From the NCBI RefSeq assembly GCF_009914755.1, contig NC_060935.1: a stretch of DNA of 64,000 nucleotides; one strand, 5' to 3'. Each line of letters opens with the position of its first letter. Position 1 is the stretch's first letter. Of the stretch, positions 55,431 to 64,000 are shown piece after piece. The stretch is from the human T2T-CHM13v2.0 reference genome, Homo sapiens. The notes below the pieces were generated by a model. It was not told where the DNA came from. It saw only the letters and a list, made by a program, of their open reading frames with translations, and ran no database searches. A program made the position numbers and the translations under genes.

Positions 55431-57739
55431 GATAGTCAAGACCCCAGGCCTACTGTGCCAATATGATTTCCAACCTATGCCACCGGTTCCTCCTCAGGGC
55501 ATCTGCACATGCTGTTCACAATTAGAAGGCTGGATGTGCTTCTGAGTCATGGGGACTTTGACTTAAGAACCTGTGACCAGGTATTGGTCCTGAAAAGCAT
55601 TTTAGAGGTGTCATATTGAAAAAATTATTCTGGTTTTAGAAGACTTTTGCTGGGGGCTCAGCTTTGCCACCAAAAACTGCTTAATTTAGCATAAGGCCAG
55701 TCTGTTTGGACATTAGCTATCTCATGTATTCAGAGTGCCTTCTAGCCATGACAATCTATGACCTGGCATTTTCTGTATGAACAAGTATTTTTTGTTGAAT
55801 TACATCGAAGTCAATGATCCTTAAAATAGTCATTAATCATTGAAGTTTTTTATTTTAGGCTCTGTTTAACGTTATTTAAAATCTTTGTAACAACCCTTTA
55901 AAATAGATTTTTTAAAAATCACACCCATTTTACAGATGGAATGGACAACTAACTTCCCTGAGTCATACAGTCAGAGGGGGAGGGGTTAGAGCTCAAACCC
56001 AGACAGCCTCATTCCAAACACCAGTTTTTTTTCCACTTTAAACCCCTGCCTCCAGGACACTCTTTCAATTATTTTCTGTTCTCTAAGTTTGCCTACCCCC
56101 AACCTCACCCCAAGTCCCATGGGCCTCCCACAAGTGCCCAGAAAAATCTGACTATTTCTCCACTACAGCCATTTTCTAAAAGCTTCTGGAGGCTGTGTGC
56201 ATCCCTTCTAGTGAAGTATCTGGGAGTTCACCCTGTGTTGCAGAGAGAAGACTCCACCCCTCCTCCCTCCCCAAAGCTACCACAGCTTACTTGAGAATAA
56301 CAACAATATCATGTGACCCTTACATAGCAATGGTCAATTTATCCATTGATCTCTACTATATAATGGGATTGTGACAGCAATTTTGTAAGTTGGATGAGGA
56401 TTAATTTTATAAATGAGAATACTGAGGCTCGGAGAGGTCACCTGTGATGGTCACATACCTGGCTCCATGTACACTATTTCCCTCCTGGGCCTTTGCCATA
56501 CTGTGCTGAGCTGCAGTTGGGGAAATATCTCAGGGACGTGCCTCATCAGGGTAGTCTGTTTGTGGACAGCAGAGAGATGGGTGCGTCTCTGGCCACTTAT
56601 AGCCACACACACAAGTGCCACTCAGAACACTGGCCCTGACCCTAAAGAATCAATTAATGGTCTGCCTACAGCGAAGCTATTTTCAGGGCCCTTTTAGTGC
56701 TCTCACATTCCACCAGGTATCCCCCTTGGCCCCATGAGCTTGACAGTCTTCCAAAATATTTCTGACAACCCCAGTGAGTGATGTTCACCAGATGCTGCTC
56801 AGGCCTCATGTTCTTACATGGGCATAATGGGAAAATCCTTCATTGCATACTGGGAAGTGACCAATAGTCCATGGTGCTTATAACTCTTCCAGTACAGAAA
56901 AGTGGAGGAATTTCAGTGGAGGGATGTGGTGTCTTTGGTTGGTTGATTGGTATTGATTTAGATGTTATTTGTCTTGAAAATCTGGCTGTGGGTTAACTAA
57001 TGCTTACCCTTCCTGTTTTAATCATTCCTACTTCTTTTTCTAATCCATGTGTCACCAGGAGAAACAAATGTAAATATGTGAGGTTGCTGTTTTCAGCAAA
57101 TTCATTCAGGATTCAATGCCAAACTAGGCTTTTCCTGAAAACCAACAACAAGCACCAACAGGAGGAGATAGAGTTACATTTCTTGTAAACCAACAGCCTG
57201 ATTTTCATTGACACATTGTGGGTTTTGTTATTGTTGTTGTTGTCACTGTTGTTGATCTGGATAGAGGTACAGGCTTATTTTCATAGCTGAGTTTATGACT
57301 AAGTGCAGCACTGCTTCCTGAAACAATTCCATCAACTTAACACATTCACAGCCATTAAGAAATCTACCAATCTGTTCTCTCCTCTGAGTGATCTTTCTAA
57401 CTTGCAAATGTGATGGTGCTACTTCTTATTTGGGATATCCTGGCTGTAACTGGGATATTTCAGACATACTGGCGGGGCTGAACTTTAACTCCTCTCATCC
57501 TTCAATGTTCTCAGGCATGCAAAATTTTCCCTAACCCCTTTCTCCCTCCCTTTTCCCACCATACTCATTGGTGGTCATTTCTTCCTCTCTGATTCATAGC
57601 CCCATATACATACAATGAGTTGAGAGGCATAGTTTTTTTTTTTTTTTTTTTTTAAACTTCAGGGGAAAATATCCAAATAGAGCCTGGTGAATATCATCAG
57701 AAAAAAGGCAAACTAGGAGAGTAAGTCCTTCCTGTAAAG

Positions 57740-58050
57740 TCTTGCAGAATCTTAGAGTGGGAGGGGACTTAAGAGGGTAGGTACTTCCCACTCCCTTCTG
57801 CAATCTCTTTGATAGATGGTTTTTGTTGTTTTTTTTCAGCTTCCAATAGATCACATCTAGAGATAGGGAAGTCGGTGTTTTTTTTTAAAAGAAATATATA
57901 TATATATTATATACACATATTTTACATTGAGCAAAAGTTGATCTCGCAGTGAACTCTCTTATACGTCCTTGGTCGGACTCTGGAGCCATGCAGAATACGC
58001 CTACTCCCCGTTCGACATGATAGACCTTCAGATATTGGGGGGGTACTTAT
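57740..58050. mobile_element. Ancient L3/CR1-like fragment
   Basis: ctctggagccatgcagaata...ccccgttcgacatgatagaccttcagatatt resembles recalled L3 consensus. Confidence 0.4.
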
Positions 58051-58965
58051 CTGCCTTTTGACCTTCAGAAACAGAATGGGGCCCTGGAATCATTCTTTCT
58101 GGCATGTTGGGACACAGATCATGCCATGTCTCCCCTGGGTGCCAGAAGTACCTATGAGGTATTTCCCACATGCTTGGCACCAGGCTACTGTTTGGGGAGA
58201 AAGTAAATACATTTTATTTCAGAATTGATTAATTTAAACATAAGCAGCATACTCCTTAATATAAGGTTACAATGCAAAAGAAACCAAAAAACAAAGCCAG
58301 AAAAATCCAGAAGGTAATTCTTAGAGAGACAGGGAAGGTTCCAAACATTTTTAAATGGATCTAGCAGATTAAAGTTCAGCTGCAGCTCATTATTTATGAA
58401 ATGTTATTCCTGTTTCTTGCAGAGGGAGAAAGAAGCAGCCAAGAAATACTGCCGTGTAGCTCTTGAGTCCACGCACGCTTGCTTAATTTAGAAAAAATTA
58501 CTAGGAGGGGCCACTATGGGGAGCTGGAGACCACTCTGTAATGAAGCCCATTTCTACTAAAACAAAGTATGCATGAGATGGAAGCAATCTGGGCAATGTT
58601 GAATCGATTCGGGGAAATGATCCCAGGATTTTTCTCTGAGGATGCACTCTCAATAGTGGATAGTGATGTTTTCAGGTGTAATTTAAATGCCGTTTTGCTC
58701 AGTCAGAGCAATGGACTCAAATTCCCTCTCAGCTCCCTCTAGAGGTTAAAGTGTGCAGCTGCTGGCAGAACTTGTGGGCTTGGAAACCTGCCCATGTCCA
58801 GAGGGCAGTCAAGATGAATACAAGGAGTTATCGGTTCTTTCTGTTAATTAGAGCAAAATCTGTTGGTTGAAAAAATTAAAAATAAAGTAAAACTTTACTA
58901 TTCTCTAAATACAGTAAGGCTGAGATGAAATACATTGTGAATATGCATTCATATAGAAGAGGTAG

Positions 58966-59014
58966 TAACTGGTATATCAGATAATTAACTGGTATATAAG
59001 ATAATTCACTGGTA
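58966..59014. repeat. 20-bp tandem repeat, about 2.4 copies
   Basis: taactggtatatcagataat / taactggtatataagataat / tcactggta. Confidence 0.85.
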
Positions 59015-59129
59015 AGTCTTGGTGCAATGAAGAAAGTAAAAATTCCATAATGACTTCCCAGATATGCTTACTTCTAAAAAGGCACGTATTTTTTTGGATA
59101 ATGGATAGCAATTGACATGATCGTGATTA

Positions 59130-59345
59130 TAGCCACCAATGATTGAGCTCTTATATGTCAGGCACTGTGTAAACACTTTACTGGCATTTTTCTCATGTAA
59201 TCTTCATAAATCCCTTTTAGATAGATTCTATAGTTAGCACCATTTTACAGACCAGGAAGCAAGAACTTAGAGAAGTTAAATCCTTCATACAAGGTCATGC
59301 AGCTGACATGTAGTGATGCCTGGATTTGAACTCAGGTTTATTCTC
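59130..59345 (-). mobile_element. MIR SINE
   Basis: ccattttacagaccaggaagc...agagaagttaaa...caaggtcatgcagct...ggatttgaactcagg. Confidence 0.7.
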
Positions 59346-59829
59346 TTCAACACAATAAAATAGTGCTTTCTCATCAGAGGTGCAGGACTCAGCAAGATTA
59401 ATGAGTAGTCCCAGGTACCCAAGTAGTAAGTGGTGCCATTAACGTGTGGTTGATTGACAGTGTATATACAGTGCCTGGTCCATCATGAATATTCAGTGAA
59501 AACCAAGTCCCTTACCCTCTGAAATGACCATGATTCTGACTACATGTGTCCTGAGTATGTCTTCCAGAGCAGAAAAAGCTCTGGGAGATAGCCTGTGCCA
59601 TTTAATCTTTGCATCCTGTCACCTAGACCTGTACACTGCCTATACTGGGTGCCAAATGAATATTTGCTAAATGAATCAGTGAATGATTGAATTAGGCCTG
59701 TCTTCAAGGAGCTTACAATCTGCTAGGAATGATAAGTGTGCATATATGTATGCATGCACACACACACACCCCTAACCAAACCCTAGTATACTAGTCAGAA
59801 GTGAGTTAAAACATACTGAAGAATATATA

Positions 59830-60510
59830 TCAGCAATGCTGCACTCTTAAGCCAGAAAACTTGCCCGTGTTTACAAAGACATGTACAACAATATTGATTA
59901 CAAAATTGTAATAGCAAAAAATTGGGAACAACTTAAATGTTCTTCGACACAGGCATGGAGAAGTAAGTTTCAGTTTACTGATGTGATGGAATGCTAAATA
60001 AATGGTCTAAAACCAAATGTATAAAATGGATAACTCTAGAAACACAATAAGCAAAATTATATATAAATATAATGATAATAATAGCTAACACTTACTCAAC
60101 ACATTATGCACCAGGCATTTCTTTATGTGCTCTGCATTTGTTAACCCATTTAGTCCTCACAACCCTTCAAGGGTATAAACTATCATCAGACCCATCCTAG
60201 AAGTCAGGAAGTTGAGGAAGGCTACATACATTTCGTATAATGTCTAACATGTTTAAACATATGCCAAAAGGCTATACTTTAAGAATGCCTCCATGTGTAG
60301 TAGAAGTGTAAAAACATGCAAGGGAATCATTAAACACCAAATTTATGACAGTGATTACATTAGGGGTGATGAAAGGAACATGACCAGAGAGATGAATAGA
60401 GGGGGCAGCAGATGTATTTATAATGTTTCATTTAAAAAACTAGATGATTGGTATATGGATATTTTTCATATTATCGTTATATTTTTTCCTGTGTCTGAAA
60501 TACTTTATAA
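59830..60510 (+). mobile_element. Old L1ME-type fragments interrupted by a MIR (~60075-60220)
   Basis: aatagcaaaaaattgggaacaacttaaatgt; L1ME-like 3' end tgtgtctgaaatactttataataaa. Confidence 0.5.
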
Positions 60511-61224
60511 TAAAGTGATCTGCAAGCAGAAACTAAATACCTTGAGACCTCAAAGGAAAGAACCATTACTCCTGATATTTCATGGAGAAAGGGGCATTTA
60601 AGTTGAGCCTAGATATTATGGGGAGGATAGTGCTAAAAATTTAGCAAATGTGGAAATCAGTGCATATGCCATGGGAGTGATGCCGTGCACAAAGGTAGAA
60701 GTTGCAGCAGAAGGAGATTCCACTTTCCATTCCAAGGCCCCTGGGAAGCCCAGCCTGAGCGACTCACATCCCTTGCTGCTCAGGGTGGCTGTGCATGCAT
60801 GAATCTATTGGCACCCTGTAGTTCTCTTTTGGGCTGTGGGGTTGGGGGGTGGCTCTTGTCTTCTACTCAAAGGCAGATTGCTGCAATAGGGGGTGGCGGG
60901 GGGGCAGGGTCTGTGCTCACAAGCATGAACAATAACTGACAGAGCATTTGCTTTTGAGCTTTGGGAGAAACAATGAGGACTTGTTGCAACTCAAGACCCA
61001 GTCAGTGACTGGCTGACAACAAATAGGTGATAAGTGTTTTGCTGAACAAAACAGCACCAACTGTTGGCCAGAAAAGCCAGGCACAGTGGACGATGGCAGA
61101 CAATCCAGTTGTCAGGCAGCTGTAGCACTGGGGTCTGGACAGTCTCAAACTCCAGATATCACTTCAAGCCAACCTGACTTCCTAGACAGCGTTCTGAATT
61201 TGGGTCTCAACCTCATATATATGT

Positions 61225-61800
61225 GAATATTATTTAGCCCTAAAGAGTGAGAGAAATCTTGCCATTTGCCAAAACATGGATGAACCTGGAGGACATTAAG
61301 TTAAGTGAAATAAACCAGACATAGAAAGACAAATGCTGCATGATCTCAGTTACTTGAGGAATATAAACAAGTTGAACTCATAACAGAAAATAGAATTGTG
61401 GTTGCCAGGGCCCGGGGTGTGGGGAAATGGGGAGATGTTGGTCAAAGGGTATAAATTTTTAATTATGAATAAAGCCTCTCCTTACAGCAGACACTTGTAA
61501 ACAAAAAGAGAAAAAAAGGTGAGTAAGTTCTGAAGATCTAATGTACAGTATGGTGACTATAGTTAATAAGAATTGTATACTTGAAATTTTCTAAGAGAGT
61601 AGATCTTAAGTGTTCTCAACACAAAAAAAGGTGGGTAACTATGTGAGGTGATAGATATGTTAATTCGCGTGATTGTGGTCATCATCTCACAATGTATGTA
61701 TATATATTATATATATCAAATCATCACATTGTACATCTTAAATATATACAATTTCTATTTGTCAAATATAACTCAATAAAGTGGGGGGGGGAAGAAAAAT
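61225..61800 (+). mobile_element. L1MA-type 3' end
   Basis: catggatgaacctggaggacattaag...ttctaagagagtagatcttaagtgttctc...atgtgaggtgatagatatgttaatt...ctcaataaag. Confidence 0.75.
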
Positions 61801-62099
61801 GAATATCTGATTAGTGCTGTATTCAAAGGAGGGCTTTTCCTTATCATGCAATGGGAAGACTCTAGAAGTTAAGTCTGAAAACAGGGCCTTGATTGTTGGC
61901 TCTTACTATGGGTCTAGATGTTTGATCTTAGGCAATCTACTCAGCCACTCTAAACCTCAGTTTTCTCATCTGTAAAATGGGGGTATTAATAGCTACCATC
62001 TGAAAAAGTTGCTGAGAGGAACAAAGACAATACACCAATATCAACCATTTATTGGATATGCATTATGTGCCTAGTTCTATGCTCAGCACTTTGGTTTAC

Positions 62100-64000
62100 T
62101 TTTTTATTTTTAATTTTTATTTCTTCTAAAAAGAATGAGATACATGTGCAGAACATGCAGGTTTGTTACATAGGTATACATGTGCCATGGTGGTTTGCTG
62201 CACCTATTGACCCATCCTCTAAGTTACCTTCCCTTGCCCCCCAACCCCCAACAGGACCTGGTGTGTGTTTTTCCTCTCTGTATCCATGTGTTCTAATTTT
62301 TCAACTCCCACTTATGAGTGAGAACATGTGGTGTTTGGTTTTCTGTTCCTGTGTTAGTTTGCTGAGGATGATAGCTTCCAGCTTCATCCACGTCCCTGCA
62401 AAGGACATGATCTCATTCCTTTTTATAGCCACATAGTATTCCATAGTGTGTATGTACCACATTTTCTTTATCCAGTCTATCATTGATGACCATTTGGGTT
62501 GGTTCTATGTCTTTGCTATTGTAAATAGTGCTGTAATAAACATATGTGTGCATGTGTCTTTATAGGAGAATGATTTATATTCCTTTGGGTATATGTCCAG
62601 TAATGGGATTGCTGGGTCAAATGGTATTTCTGGTTCTAGATCCTTGAGGAACCGCCATACTGTCTTCCACAATGGTTGAACTAATTTACATCCCCACCAA
62701 CAGTGTAAAAGTCTTCCTATTTCTCCACAGCCTCACAACCATCTATTGTTTCCAGACTTTTTAATAATTGCCATTCTGACTGGTGCGAGATGGTATCTCA
62801 TTGTGGTTTTGATTTACATTTCTCTGATGATCAGTGATGTTTAGCTTTTTTTCATATGATTGTTGGCCATGTAAATGTCTTCTTTTGAGAAGTGTCTGTT
62901 CATATCCTTTGCCCACTTTTTGATGTGGTTGTTTTTTTCTTGTAAATTTGTTTAAATTCCTTGTAAATTCTGGATATTAGACCTTTGTCAGATGGATAGA
63001 TTGCAAAAATCTTCTCCCATTCTGTAGATTGCCTGTTCACTCTGATGCTAGTTTCTTTTGCTGTGCAGAAGCTCTTTAGTTTAATTAGATCCCATTTGTC
63101 AATTTTAGCTTATGTTGCAATTGCTTTTGGTGTTTTAGTCATGAAGTCTTTGCCCATGCTTATGTCCTGAATGGTATTGTCTAGATTTTCTTCTAGGGTT
63201 TTTATGGTTTTGGGTTTTACATTTAAGTCTTTACTCCATCTTGAGTTAATTTTTGTAAGGTGAAAGGAAGGGGTCCAGTTTCAGTTTTCTGCATATGGCT
63301 AGCCAGTTTTCCCAGCACCGTTTACTAAATAGGAGACCCTTTCCCCATTGCTTATTTTTTCAGGTTTGTCGAAGATCAGATGGTTGTAGATGTGTGGTGT
63401 TATTTCTGAAGTCTCTGTTCTGTTCCATTGATCTATGTGTCCCTTTATGTTAAAAACTCTCAATAAACTAGGTATTGATGGAACATATCTCAAAATAAAA
63501 AGAGCTATTTATGACAAACCCACAGCCAATATCATACTGAATGGGCAAAAGTTGGAAGCATTCCCTTTGAAAACTGGTACAAGACAAGGATGCCCTCTCT
63601 CACCACTACTTTTCAACATAGTATTGGAAGTTCCGACCAGGGCATCAGGCAAGAGAAAGAAATAAAGCATATTCAAATAAGAAGAGAGGAAGTCAAATTG
63701 TCTCTATCTGCAGATGACATGATTTTATATTTAGAAAACCCCATCATCTCCGCCCCAAAACTCCTTAAACTTATAAGCAACTTCAGCAAAGTCTCAGGAT
63801 ACAAAATCAATGTGCAAAAATCACAACCATTTCTTTACACCAACAATAGACAGCAGAGAGCCAAATCATGAATGAACTCCCAGTCACCATTGCTACAAAG
63901 AGAATAAAATACCTAGGAATACAGCTAACAAGGGATGTGAAGGACCTTTTCAAGGAGAACTACAAACCACTGCTCAAGGAAATAAGGGAGGATACAAACA
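62100..64000. mobile_element. L1PA8-like insertion with 5' inversion (minus 62100-63440, plus 63441 to window end)
   Basis: PolyT, then reverse 3'UTR/ORF2 to ...gatctatgtgt, then forward ORF2 RT segment ccctttatgttaaaaactctc... to the window edge. Confidence 0.9.

Noticed and set aside
58966-59014. CRISPR-like array
   Set aside because: Direct tandem units without unique spacers, in mammalian intronic DNA with no cas genes.

Overview
Primate genomic DNA, apparently human or another hominoid. The window lies inside the gene for mitochondrial NADP-dependent malic enzyme (ME3), which runs on the minus strand. Two coding exons are visible: 12322-12189 (134 nt, GMAFTLEERLQLGIHGLIPP...SDLDK) and 9201-9052 (150 nt, [16 protein letters not shown]...[10 protein letters not shown]...RRPR). 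Both have GT/AG boundaries and compatible phases. Everything else is intron, dense in transposable elements: many MIR and L2 relics, MER5/MER3/MADE1 DNA elements, MER31, THE1, MLT1 and MER4 solo LTRs, one AluS, and several L1s. The richest spot is 47.8-54.6 kb. There a full-length L1PA3/4 lies antisense to ME3, with an intact ORF1, a dead ORF2, and an open antisense ORF0 extended to 112 aa. It is inserted into a MER4A-type LTR that carries a near-perfect 88-bp palindrome and a poly(A) signal oriented with the L1 antisense promoter. This suggests two testable ideas: a compact ORF0 mini-gene, and L1-driven ME3 transcripts lacking the mitochondrial targeting exon. Repeat subfamily names are from recalled consensus sequences, and boundaries of old repeats are approximate. 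No prokaryote-type systems, RNA genes or CRISPR arrays were seen.
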